The notes: a model not told the origin generated them from the sequence alone. A stretch of 64,000 nt of DNA from an uncultured Candidatus Saccharibacteria bacterium (GCA_964347785.1 CAYFZH010000001.1:35589-99588); one strand, 5' to 3'. Counted from the stretch's first letter, positions 26,736 to 34,810 are shown. Program-made: numbers and translations.

Positions 26736-26760
26736 GTGCCGAAATGCTATATTTCTAAGC

Positions 26761-28023
26761 ATGAATTCAAAAGAAATAAGAAAACGATTTGCAGATTTTT
26801 TTGAAAAGAGGGGACACGCTGTCATCCCTTCCGCTTCTCTCGTGCCTGATCAGAACGACAAGTCAGTACTCTTCAACACTGCAGGGATGCAACCTCTCCA
26901 ACCTTACCTTATGGGTGCAGAGCATCCGAAGGGTAAGCGCTTGGTCAACATTCAGAAGTGCGTCCGCACTCAAGATATCGAAGAAGTGGGGGACAAGACG
27001 CATGACACCTTCTTCGAAATGCTTGGTAACTGGTCTCTCGGTGATTATTTCAAAGAAGAGGCGATCAAGTGGAGTTTCGAGCTCCTTACTTCCAAGGAAG
27101 AGGGTTTCGGTCTCGATCCAAAGAGACTTTATGTCACCGTCTTCGAAGGAGATGATAACGCTCCTAAGGATACAGAGGCCTTCGAGATTTGGAAGAAGTA
27201 TATGCCAGAGAATCGTATCTATTTCCTCGGGGCAGATAAGAACTGGTGGAGTGTGGGACCCAATGGCCCATGTGGTCCTGATACAGAGATGTACTACGAC
27301 GTGACTCCAGAAGGTCTCGGTGATCTTAGTTTGGAGGAGTTCAAGAAGGTGGACGACGAGCAGAAGGTGGTCGAGATCTGGAACGACGTCTTCATGCAAT
27401 ATGAGAAGAAGGATGGCAGTATTGTAGGCAGGCTTTCTCAACAGAATGTCGATACCGGTGCCGGTCTTGAGCGTCTGGTTATGGCTCTGCAGAACAAGGA
27501 CAACATCTTCGATACAGATCTCTTTGCACCGCTCATGGCGATACTGCCGAAGGAGAAGGACCTCAAGTCCGCTCGAGTGGTCGCCGACCACATGCGTACA
27601 TCCGTTTTCATGATTGCTGATGGTGTAACTCCATCGAACACCGATAGGGGTTATATCCTCCGTCGACTATTACGCCGTTCGTATGTCCATGCGAGAAAAC
27701 TGGGAGCTAGTCCAGAAGTTCTTGAGTCTGTAGCAGAGCTCGTGGTGTCGCATGAGAGTTATAAGGGTCTCTACAGCTTCAACCCTGATACCATAAAGAT
27801 AATCAGAGAAGAAATAGAGAAGTTCAAGAAAGCTCTTGAAGCTGGACTAAAGCAAGTGGAGAAAGGAGCCGATCCCTTCACCCTCTTTACCAGTTATGGT
27901 TTGCCACTCGAGATTATCGAAGAGGTAACAGCAGTAGATCGGGAGAAGTTTGCGAAACAACTGGCTGAACACAAACAAATGTCCAGTGTGGCGGGTGAGC
28001 AGAAATTTAAAAGTACGTTATAA
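26761..28023 (+). CDS. alaS: Alanyl-tRNA synthetase, catalytic/tRNA-recognition N-terminal fragment only (420 aa; no editing or C-Ala domains)
   Basis: AlaRS N-terminal motifs (FFEKRGH, FNTAGM, KCVRT.DIE, LGNWS.GDYFK). The ORF ends with a TAA stop and the next gene is unrelated. Confidence 0.85.
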   Translation: MNSKEIRKRFADFFEKRGHAVIPSASLVPDQNDKSVLFNTAGMQPLQPYLMGAEHPKGKRLVNIQKCVRTQDIEEVGDKTHDTFFEMLGNWSLGDYFKEEAIKWSFELLTSKEEGFGLDPKRLYVTVFEGDDNAPKDTEAFEIWKKYMPENRIYFLGADKNWWSVGPNGPCGPDTEMYYDVTPEGLGDLSLEEFKKVDDEQKVVEIWNDVFMQYEKKDGSIVGRLSQQNVDTGAGLERLVMALQNKDNIFDTDLFAPLMAILPKEKDLKSARVVADHMRTSVFMIADGVTPSNTDRGYILRRLLRRSYVHARKLGASPEVLESVAELVVSHESYKGLYSFNPDTIKIIREEIEKFKKALEAGLKQVEKGADPFTLFTSYGLPLEIIEEVTAVDREKFAKQLAEHKQMSSVAGEQKFKSTL

Positions 28024-28030
28024 TTTGTCT

Positions 28031-29365
28031 ATGCCAAAAAATATCGACGATGTAATCTTGCCAGAAAGGAGGAAAAGCATCAGGAATATCCCCATCCCTG
28101 AAGGTCGGAGCAAAAAGGGTGAGAAAGTTGCTCTCGACGGTGTTAAGCGTCCTGCACGAGTAGCAGAAGATAGAGAAGAAGTTTCTCACGAAGCAGAACG
28201 TCACGAGTCATCTCGTCGTACACACAATCCCAAGAAGAAGATCTGGCTCGCTTCAGGTTTCGCCATCTTGGTACTCATCTTCTCTGTCCTCTCAATGTTT
28301 AAGGGTGGCACTCTCTCCTATGTGCCTAAGTCGGTAGATCTCAAGTTTGCAAACGACATCTTCTCTGCGGTCAAGACTGGTGAGGATAAGCTCACTTATA
28401 GTGTGGTCAAGCTCTCTGGGGATAAGGGAGTGAGTGTCCCTGCTACGGGAGAACAGGCGGTGAGTCGTAAGGCTTCCGGTATGATCGTGGTCTACAACGA
28501 CGCTTCAGCCGAACCTCAGAAGTTGGTCGAGAACACTCGTTTCGAGTCCCCAACAGGCAAGATCTACCGTATCGCTACAGCTATCACTATCCCCGGCAAG
28601 AAGACTGTGGCGGGTAAGTCTCAACCAGGGAGTATTGAGGTCAAGGTCAACGCAGATGTCGCTGGTGCTGAATACAACTCGGAGCCTACTGACTTTACCG
28701 TCCCCGGGCTCAAGGGATCTCCTCGTTACACCACTATCTATGCTCGTTCCTCCACTGCTATCTCTGGAGGGTTTGTGGGCAAGGAGAAGGCTGTCGCTCC
28801 AGCAGACTTAGAGAAGGCTAAGGCAGAGCTCAAGACTTCCCTCAGCCAAGGACTTCTAGCCAAGGCGCAAGCCGAGGTGCCGTCTGAGTTTATCCTCTTC
28901 CCCACACTCTCATCCGTCAGTTTTGAGGACCTACCACAGAGCAATACTGGTAGTGGGAGCACTGTGACGGTCAATCTCCGCGGTCACCTATACGGTATTA
29001 TGTTTAAGAAGAACGACCTCTCCCACGAGCTAGGCAAGAAGAAGGCCTCTCTGGCGAAGGATGATTCTGTTGAGCTCGTCTCCTTCGATTCTCTAGAACT
29101 AGCCTTCGCCGGTGTCGCACCAACCAACCTTCTCTCTCTCAATGAGATTAGCTTCAAGGTTACTGGAGAAAGTAAGCTCGTCTGGCGTACTGACGAGGTG
29201 GCTCTCAAGTCAGATATCCTAGGACGCAAGAAGTCTGAACTCTCTACTATCCTGAAGAATTACCCTACAATCTCATCCGCCTCTGCCACACTTAGACCAT
29301 TTTGGAAGACGACTTTTCCTCTAGAGGGTGATAAGGTGTCCGTGAAGAAATTAGAAATCAAATAA
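28031..29365 (+). CDS. Hypothetical membrane-anchored protein (444 aa; charged N-terminus, one TM, large beta-rich ectodomain)
   Basis: The ORF-track start at 27950 is out of frame. The ATG at 28031 lies 7 nt after the alaS stop. TAATG overlap with infA. Confidence 0.5.
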   Translation: MPKNIDDVILPERRKSIRNIPIPEGRSKKGEKVALDGVKRPARVAEDREEVSHEAERHESSRRTHNPKKKIWLASGFAILVLIFSVLSMFKGGTLSYVPKSVDLKFANDIFSAVKTGEDKLTYSVVKLSGDKGVSVPATGEQAVSRKASGMIVVYNDASAEPQKLVENTRFESPTGKIYRIATAITIPGKKTVAGKSQPGSIEVKVNADVAGAEYNSEPTDFTVPGLKGSPRYTTIYARSSTAISGGFVGKEKAVAPADLEKAKAELKTSLSQGLLAKAQAEVPSEFILFPTLSSVSFEDLPQSNTGSGSTVTVNLRGHLYGIMFKKNDLSHELGKKKASLAKDDSVELVSFDSLELAFAGVAPTNLLSLNEISFKVTGESKLVWRTDEVALKSDILGRKKSELSTILKNYPTISSASATLRPFWKTTFPLEGDKVSVKKLEIK

Positions 29366-29580
29366 TGGACAACAAGAAAGACTTAGAGAAGACAGGTGTG
29401 GTGGTAGAATCCCTGCCGAACATCATGTTTAGAGTAAGGCTAGACGGTACAGAGGAGGAGATTCTCACCTACCTTTCAGGCAAGATGAGACTCCACCGTA
29501 TACGTGTCTTGGTAGGGGATAAGGTCCTCCTAGAGCTTGAACCTTATGGGGGTAAGGCTCGTATTATCAAGCGACTTTAG
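29365..29580 (+). CDS. infA: Translation initiation factor IF-1
   Basis: 71-aa S1-like OB fold (GVVVESLPN.MFRVRLDG..E.L.YLSGKMR...IRVL.GDKV). Confidence 0.9.
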   Translation: MDNKKDLEKTGVVVESLPNIMFRVRLDGTEEEILTYLSGKMRLHRIRVLVGDKVLLELEPYGGKARIIKRL

Positions 29581-29628
29581 CCTCAGACTAGACAAGAAAC
29601 AGGGCTTGGGTTAGAATACACCTTTGCT

Positions 29629-29745
29629 ATGAAAGTAAAGGCGGCAGTAAAGAAAATCTGTGCAAAGTGTCAGATAGTCCGAAGAAAGGGCTATGTTTAT
29701 GTAGTCTGTAAGGCAAATCCCCGCCATAAGCAAAGGCAAGGCTAA
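29629..29745 (+). CDS. rpmJ: 50S ribosomal protein L36
   Basis: Hand-translated as [38 protein letters not shown] (38 aa; C..C..C..H zinc ribbon). It is absent from the ORF track because it is under 60 aa. Its stop overlaps the rpsM start (TAATG). Confidence 0.9.
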   Translation: MKVKAAVKKICAKCQIVRRKGYVYVVCKANPRHKQRQG

Positions 29746-30125
29746 TGAGAATACTCGGCATCACCATCCCAGACGAAAAGCGTCTTGAAATCGGCTTGAC
29801 TACGCTCTACGGCGTAGGCCGTTCTCGCGCACAGGCCATCCTCAAGGAGGCTGGAGTTCCTTATGAACTTAAGGTGAAGGACGTAACTATCGATCAGGAG
29901 AACAAGATACGCTCCATCATAGAGACCGTTACGCTCGAAGGTGACTTGAAGAGAGAGACTGCCAGTAACATCAAGCGTCTCAAGGATATCAAGGCTTACA
30001 GAGGAGTGAGACATATGAGAAGCCTCCCAGTCCGCGGTCAGAGGACCAAGACCAACTCTCGTACTCGCCGTGGTAACGTCAGGAAGACCATGGGTACCGG
30101 TAGAAAGATCGCTGAGAAGAAATAA
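29745..30125 (+). CDS. rpsM: 30S ribosomal protein S13
   Basis: MRILGI.IP..K....LT.IYGVG consensus. Confidence 0.95.
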   Translation: MRILGITIPDEKRLEIGLTTLYGVGRSRAQAILKEAGVPYELKVKDVTIDQENKIRSIIETVTLEGDLKRETASNIKRLKDIKAYRGVRHMRSLPVRGQRTKTNSRTRRGNVRKTMGTGRKIAEKK

Positions 30126-30130
30126 TCAAT

Positions 30131-30577
30131 ATGGGCAAGAAGAAAATCACCACAACCGAAGAGAAGACAGAGAAGAAAGTAGAAGCCACTACTGAGGCTG
30201 TTGCTACCCCTACCAAGATCAAGGGTAAGCGTATCGACACAGGTATTCTCTGTGTAGAATCCACATATAACAACACCAAGCTTGTACTCACAGACATTAA
30301 GGGTGGAACTCTCGCTTGGTCTTCTTCTGGTTCGTTGGGCTTCAAGGGTGCTAAGAAGGGCACCCCTTTTGCTGCCGCAAAGGTGGGTGAGACTCTGGCT
30401 ACCAAGGCTCAGACCTTCGGAGTCAAGGAGGTGAGAGTGGTGGTCAAGGGCGTAGGTTCTGGACGCGAGTCAGCTATCAGAGGATTTATCTCCAAGGGGA
30501 TCAACCTCACTACTATCCAAGATATGACTCCAGTGCCTCACAATGGCCCAAAGCCTCCTAAGCCTCGTCGCACATAA
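30131..30577 (+). CDS. rpsK: 30S ribosomal protein S11
   Basis: S11 consensus (..NTKLVLTDIKGGTLAWSSSGSLGFKG.KK.TPFAA). Confidence 0.95.
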   Translation: MGKKKITTTEEKTEKKVEATTEAVATPTKIKGKRIDTGILCVESTYNNTKLVLTDIKGGTLAWSSSGSLGFKGAKKGTPFAAAKVGETLATKAQTFGVKEVRVVVKGVGSGRESAIRGFISKGINLTTIQDMTPVPHNGPKPPKPRRT

Positions 30578-30588
30578 TTTAAATATCT

Positions 30589-31194
30589 ATGAAAATCGGA
30601 CCTAAATTCAAAATAGCCCGCCGCCTTGGAGCCCCTGTCTTTGAGAAAACTCAGACTGCCAAGTTTGCCCTCTCACTCTCTCGCAAGGAGCGTGCTGGTA
30701 CCGTTCCTCCTCGTGCCAAGAGTGAGTACGGTCAGGCTCTTACTGAGAAGCAGAAGGCTCGTTATACTTACGGTCTCTCTGAGAAGCAGTTTAGAAGTTA
30801 TGTAGATAAGGCTCTCAAGTCTACTAACCCAACTGGGAAGCTCTTCACCTCACTTGAGTCTCGTCTCGACAATGTCCTCTTCCGCTCTGGTCTTGCGAAG
30901 ACTAGATCCTCTGCCCGCCAGATCGCGAGCCACGGTCACACTCTCGTCAATGGTAGACGAGTGGACGTGCCTTCTGTCCTCTTGAGAAACGGAGACAAGG
31001 TGAGCTTGCGTGACGCTTCGGCAGGGAGCGCGCTGTTCGCTGAGACAGCAGAGAGGATGAAGGCGATGAACGTACCGGCTTGGCTTAAGGTCAACGCAGA
31101 GACTCGAGAAGTCTCTGTCGTCGGCGAGCCGGTATATGAGCGTGGAGCACACGTCTTTGACCTGGGCGTGGTGATCGAGTTCTATAACAGATAA
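30589..31194 (+). CDS. rpsD: 30S ribosomal protein S4
   Basis: S4 N-terminal region plus S4 RNA-binding domain. Confidence 0.95.
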   Translation: MKIGPKFKIARRLGAPVFEKTQTAKFALSLSRKERAGTVPPRAKSEYGQALTEKQKARYTYGLSEKQFRSYVDKALKSTNPTGKLFTSLESRLDNVLFRSGLAKTRSSARQIASHGHTLVNGRRVDVPSVLLRNGDKVSLRDASAGSALFAETAERMKAMNVPAWLKVNAETREVSVVGEPVYERGAHVFDLGVVIEFYNR

Positions 31195-31219
31195 TTTTAA
31201 ATATTTAAACTTTATAACA

Positions 31220-32182
31220 ATGGCGGATTACACAATACATCTACCCTCCAAGCCCCGAGTGGTCGAAGAAGTTGGAGATAGCGGAGTCTTCGAGATTGAG
31301 GGACTATACCCTGGTTATGGCCACACCCTTGGCAACAGTCTTCGACGCATCATCCTTTCCTCACTTCCTGGAGTAGCTATCACTTCGGTCAAGATTTCTG
31401 GTGTTCAGCACGAGTTCTCTACTATCGACGGTATCAAGGAAGATGTCGTTACTATCCTTCTCAATCTTAAGAAGATTAGAATGCGTTTCTCTACAGACGA
31501 GGCTCAGATTATCACTCTCAAGGTTAAGGGTGAGAAGGCTGTTACTGCGAGAGACCTAGAGGTCCCTGGTCAGGTTGAGGTTCTTACCCCAGATGCTCCT
31601 ATTGCTACCCTTACTTCCAAGACAGCAACTCTCGAGATGGAGATCAGAGCAGAGAAGGGTCTCGGCTTTATGCCGAAGGAGATGGTCGACAAGAACCGTG
31701 TCGAGATCGGGGCTATCGCACTCGATGGTATCTTTACCCCTATTCGTCGCGCTTCCTACGAAGTAGAGAATATGCGCGTAGGTGACAGGACAGACTTCAA
31801 CAAGCTTAAGGTCTTTATCGAGACTGACGGCACTGTCACTCCGACTGTCGCTCTCTCAACTGCTATCGAGATTATGATCAACCAGCTCAAGGCTGTGGTC
31901 GGCTTCAAGGAGGAAGAGCCTGAGGTCGAAGAAGATGCTCCCAAGGAGTCCGCTTCCTCTGCTACTCGTTCTGAGGTTGACCCTGAGGTCTTGAAGACTC
32001 GTATCGAGTCTCTTGAACTCTCAGCTCGTACTGCAAACGCACTCACTAGCGCCAACATCCGCACTGTCGGAGGGCTTGCTCGCAAGAAGGAGAAGGATCT
32101 CCTCGAAGTCGAGGGTCTAGGTGCTAAGGGTATCCAAGAGATCAGGAAGGCCCTCGGTGAGTTCGGTATCACACTTAAGTAA
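31220..32182 (+). CDS. rpoA: DNA-directed RNA polymerase subunit alpha
   Basis: Alpha N-terminal domain (GYGHTLGNSLRR) and C-terminal HhH domain. Confidence 0.95.
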   Translation: MADYTIHLPSKPRVVEEVGDSGVFEIEGLYPGYGHTLGNSLRRIILSSLPGVAITSVKISGVQHEFSTIDGIKEDVVTILLNLKKIRMRFSTDEAQIITLKVKGEKAVTARDLEVPGQVEVLTPDAPIATLTSKTATLEMEIRAEKGLGFMPKEMVDKNRVEIGAIALDGIFTPIRRASYEVENMRVGDRTDFNKLKVFIETDGTVTPTVALSTAIEIMINQLKAVVGFKEEEPEVEEDAPKESASSATRSEVDPEVLKTRIESLELSARTANALTSANIRTVGGLARKKEKDLLEVEGLGAKGIQEIRKALGEFGITLK

Positions 32183-32188
32183 ACCAAC

Positions 32189-32536
32189 ATGGCGTACCAC
32201 AAGGCAAAAAGAAAATTCGGTCGAGAGAAGAACCAGAGAGTAGCTCTGATGAAGTCCTTGGTCTACGCGCTTGCTACTGAGGAGAAGATCGTCACTACCG
32301 AGGCGAAGGCTAAGTCTCTCCGCCCAATGATCGAGAAACTCGTAACTCTAGGCAAATCTGGTACACTAGCATCTCGTCGTCTTCTAGAGAGTCGTGTCGG
32401 AGCTATCGCAGCCAAGAAGATTGCAACTGACATTGCTCCTAGGTATAAAGAGAGGGCGGGAGGATACACTCGTATCACCAAGATGGTACGTCGTGCCTCA
32501 GACGGTGCCACTCGAGCCGTAATCGAGTTCGTATAA
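32189..32536 (+). CDS. rplQ: 50S ribosomal protein L17
   Basis: L17 consensus. Confidence 0.95.
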   Translation: MAYHKAKRKFGREKNQRVALMKSLVYALATEEKIVTTEAKAKSLRPMIEKLVTLGKSGTLASRRLLESRVGAIAAKKIATDIAPRYKERAGGYTRITKMVRRASDGATRAVIEFV

Positions 32537-32541
32537 CCAAC

Positions 32542-32889
32542 ATGCAGAAATACACTATAGACGCCAAGGGAAGAGTGCCAGGAAGAATTGCTACAGAAGT
32601 GGCAGTTATCCTCATGGGGAAGAATCGCACTGACTTTTCCAAGAACACTATCCCTGCAGTAGAGGTAGAGGTGCTCTCTGCTTCTACTATGAAGCTCGAC
32701 AGCAAGAAGCTCGTCGACAAGGAGTACCACCGCCATACTCTCTACCCTGGAGGTTTGAAGACTCAGAGTATGCAACAGGTGATTGCAGAGAAGGGCGCCA
32801 AGGAGATCCTCAGACGCGCAGTCTATGGTATGCTACCCAAGAACAAGCTCCGCCCACGTATGATGAAGAACCTGAAGATCAAGGACTAA
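32542..32889 (+). CDS. rplM: 50S ribosomal protein L13
   Basis: L13 consensus. Confidence 0.9.
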   Translation: MQKYTIDAKGRVPGRIATEVAVILMGKNRTDFSKNTIPAVEVEVLSASTMKLDSKKLVDKEYHRHTLYPGGLKTQSMQQVIAEKGAKEILRRAVYGMLPKNKLRPRMMKNLKIKD

Positions 32890-32890
32890 T

Positions 32891-33292
32891 ATGACTGTCA
32901 CCAAAGAAAACAAGTATATAGAGACCGTAGGAAGAAGGAAGACTTCTGTGGCTCGTGTTCGCATCACTCCTGCTGCCAAGACTACTATCGTTGTCAACGA
33001 ACGCGAATTTGAAAACTATTTCCCAACCAAGGAGTTGCAGAATGTCGTCCTTGCCGTCTTTGCTGATGCCACTGAGAACTTCACTGTCACTGCCAAGCTC
33101 GTCGGAGGTGGAGTGTCCTCTCAAGCACAGGCTCTAAGACACGGTCTCGCTCGTGCTCTAGAGAAGAATGCTCCAGAGCTCCGTACCAAGCTCAAGGTTA
33201 AGGGTTACCTCAAGCGTGACCCTCGTGCCAAGGAACGCCGTAAGTTCGGTCTCAAGAAAGCAAGAAAGGCCCCTCAGTGGTCTAAACGCTAA
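32891..33292 (+). CDS. rpsI: 30S ribosomal protein S9
   Basis: S9 consensus with C-terminal ..RRKFGLKKARKAPQWSKR. Confidence 0.95.
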   Translation: MTVTKENKYIETVGRRKTSVARVRITPAAKTTIVVNEREFENYFPTKELQNVVLAVFADATENFTVTAKLVGGGVSSQAQALRHGLARALEKNAPELRTKLKVKGYLKRDPRAKERRKFGLKKARKAPQWSKR

Positions 33293-33296
33293 AGCG

Positions 33297-33330
33297 AAAA
33301 ACCAGACTCGAAAGAGTCTGGTTTTGTTTT
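33297..33330. terminator. Bidirectional rho-independent terminator aaaaccagactc-gaaa-gagtctggtttt followed by GTTTT
   Basis: Perfect 12-bp stem flanked by A- and T-tracts. It ends the ribosomal-protein operon. Confidence 0.75.
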
Positions 33331-33333
33331 GGA

Positions 33334-33444
33334 CCACTGAGGGTGAGAAAGGGGTCGGGAAAACTCCGGTTTTCCCGTGGAGGAAGGCAGGGCGAAGCCC
33401 GTTGGAAAACCGTGGGTTTCCAAAGAGCGGGAGCGACTCAGTGG
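33334..33444 (+). ncRNA. GC-rich structured element of about 111 nt, closed by the helix ccactgag/ctcagtgg, with internal hairpins built on GGAAAAC/GTTTTCC repeats. Class unknown, strand uncertain.
   Basis: Long-range 8-bp closing helix and two or three internal hairpins (gggaaaac-tccg-gttttccc; tggaaa..tttcca; gggc-gaa-gccc). It lies between two bidirectional terminators with no plausible ORF. Class and strand are unconfirmed. Confidence 0.3.
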
Positions 33445-33452
33445 AGCAAGAG

Positions 33453-33495
33453 ATATAAAAAGAATCGGGCGAGCCACAGTGGCTCGCCCTTTTCA
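33453..33495. terminator. Bidirectional terminator gggcgagcc-acagt-ggctcgccc flanked by U-rich tracts
   Basis: 9-bp GC stem with TTTTC on the plus side and ATTCTTTTTATA on the minus side. It terminates minus-strand gene 33509..34159. Confidence 0.65.
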
Positions 33496-33508
33496 CACAG
33501 AAGAACTT

Positions 33509-34159
33509 CTACCAGCTCGGCCACCACGTGACGTTCGCACGCAGTTTCCGGTTGTGGGTGCTGTACGCGTCGACCTCGAGGCGAGCTTCGGCGTTGTCGC
33601 TGAACCGTCTCGCGGCTCCGACGACCACTCCGAGGTAAGGCCGGTGACCCTCTTCCGGCTTCAGTTCGAGCCAGTCGCCAGAAACGCAGAGGTATACGTC
33701 GAGACAGGTCCTCGACTTGTACATCTCGTACGCCTTGTGGTTGGTGACGAGTGCCACTCCGCCGAAGACGCCCGCGATCGGTCGGATGCCGAGCTTGTCG
33801 AGTACCTTCGGTCTCGGCGTTTCCCATGTCATCTGACCACGGACTGCGAGGTTGCTCGAGCGGACAACTCCGCCCTTGCTGTAGCTCACCGGACCGTAGT
33901 CTGAACCGCCCATCTCGTGGACGTCGACCTTCTCGTTGATGGAGAAGCGTTCGACGACGAGGCTTGCCCGAAGGGGCTTGTCGCGGTCGGCGAACATGAT
34001 GCCGATGGACCATGGCTTGATCGGCTCAGCTTCTCCATAGAAGTTGAGATCCGATGACGAGCCCAAGGTGTACACCGTGCCAGTGATGCCGATAGTGCGC
34101 TCCTCGGCCTTGGCCACAGATGCGACCAGCAGGACCAGAAGAATCATGAGATATTTCAC
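33509..34159 (-). CDS. Secreted beta-rich protein with signal peptide and a C-terminal aromatic residue (..VTWWPSW), resembling small outer-membrane beta-barrel proteins
   Basis: GTG start at 34159 with SD GGAGGT. Signal peptide KYLMILLVLLVASVAKA, alternating hydrophobic pattern, and a terminal W. About 58% GC. The ORF-track start at 34228 is an upstream extension. Confidence 0.5.
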   Translation of the reverse strand: MKYLMILLVLLVASVAKAEERTIGITGTVYTLGSSSDLNFYGEAEPIKPWSIGIMFADRDKPLRASLVVERFSINEKVDVHEMGGSDYGPVSYSKGGVVRSSNLAVRGQMTWETPRPKVLDKLGIRPIAGVFGGVALVTNHKAYEMYKSRTCLDVYLCVSGDWLELKPEEGHRPYLGVVVGAARRFSDNAEARLEVDAYSTHNRKLRANVTWWPSW

Positions 34160-34199
34160 TTCTCTACCTCCAAGGGGTGAGCGGGATGCTCTGTGTGCT

Positions 34200-34228
34200 A
34201 TACTAGCATAAATTATATAGATTGTCAA
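34200..34228 (-). promoter_or_regulatory. Sigma-70-like promoter TTGACA-17-TAGTAT for minus-strand gene 33509..34159
   Basis: Consensus hexamers with 17-nt spacing on the minus strand. Confidence 0.5.
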
Positions 34229-34240
34229 GTAATCACTTGA
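34225..34240. promoter_or_regulatory. Inverted repeat TCAAGT-aatc-ACTTGA overlapping the -35 of the minus promoter and upstream of grpE. Candidate operator.
   Basis: 6-bp perfect IR with a 4-nt spacer between the divergent gene 33509..34159 and the grpE-dnaK-dnaJ operon. It does not match CIRCE. Confidence 0.3.
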
Positions 34241-34274
34241 TTTAAGCCCTATTTTAAGTTATCTTGTGTGCACC

Positions 34275-34802
34275 ATGCAGGATGATGAAAAAGATATTGA
34301 GTTAGATAAGGAGGGTATAGACGACTCGGTCATCTCTGAAGAATACCAAGGTGATACTATCGCTAAGCTCAAGGGTAAGGTGAAGGACGCCGAGGCGAAG
34401 GCGAAGGAGTACCTAGATGGATGGCAGAGGGCACAGGCAGAGTTTGTAAACATTCGCAAGAGAGACGAGGAGGCGAAGGGTGAGTTCCTCAAGTTCGCCA
34501 AAGCTGATCTTGTGGAGCAACTTATGCCGGTCCTCGACAGTCTAGAGCTCTCTCTACCTCACGGGAACAAGGAGCTCGAGGTCATATCCAAGCAGTTCCT
34601 CTCTATCTTGAAGGCAAACGGTTTCGAGGAGGTAAACCCTCTCGGTGAGAAGTTCGACCCGAGACTTCACGAGTCTATAGGGACAGAGTCTGTGAAGAGT
34701 GAGGAGGAGGATCACAAGATTCTTGAAGTGATGCAGAAAGGTTATATACTATCAGGGAAAATTATTAGACCCGCCAAGGTAAAAATAGGCGAATTTAATT
34801 AA
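34275..34802 (+). CDS. grpE: Nucleotide exchange factor GrpE
   Basis: GrpE coiled coil and C-terminal beta domain (..EFVNIRKR.....[18 protein letters not shown]..). An alternative GTG start lies at 34266. Confidence 0.85.
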   Translation: MQDDEKDIELDKEGIDDSVISEEYQGDTIAKLKGKVKDAEAKAKEYLDGWQRAQAEFVNIRKRDEEAKGEFLKFAKADLVEQLMPVLDSLELSLPHGNKELEVISKQFLSILKANGFEEVNPLGEKFDPRLHESIGTESVKSEEEDHKILEVMQKGYILSGKIIRPAKVKIGEFN

Positions 34803-34810
34803 ACAAAACT

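Noticed and set aside
26437-26760. T-box leader or RNase P / SRP RNA hypothesis for the GC-rich segment upstream of alaS
   Set aside because: I could not find the T-box consensus (AAUUAGGGUGGNACCGCG), a specifier-loop context, or RNase P/SRP conserved strings. A small zinc-ribbon CDS with a strong SD explains it at least as well. It is kept as a finding with both options.
33334-33444. SRP (4.5S) RNA or RNase P fragment assignment for the structured element after rpsI
   Set aside because: Only superficial resemblance (GGAGGAAGGCAGGGC versus the SRP GGAAGGAAGCAGCC string, and AGGGTGAGAAAGGGG versus the RNase P GGGUGAAAGGGUG string). The orientation and tetraloop context do not fit, and the length is wrong for RNase P.
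33377-34013. Plus- and minus-strand Arg-rich ORFs (175 and 191 aa) overlapping gene 33509..34159
   Set aside because: They are GC-rich frame artefacts (R/P/S-rich). The real gene has a signal peptide, SD and promoter.
34266-34274. GTG start for grpE at 34266
   Set aside because: The ATG at 34275 gives a GrpE N-terminus of typical length, and neither start has an SD. The choice is retained as uncertain rather than rejected outright.
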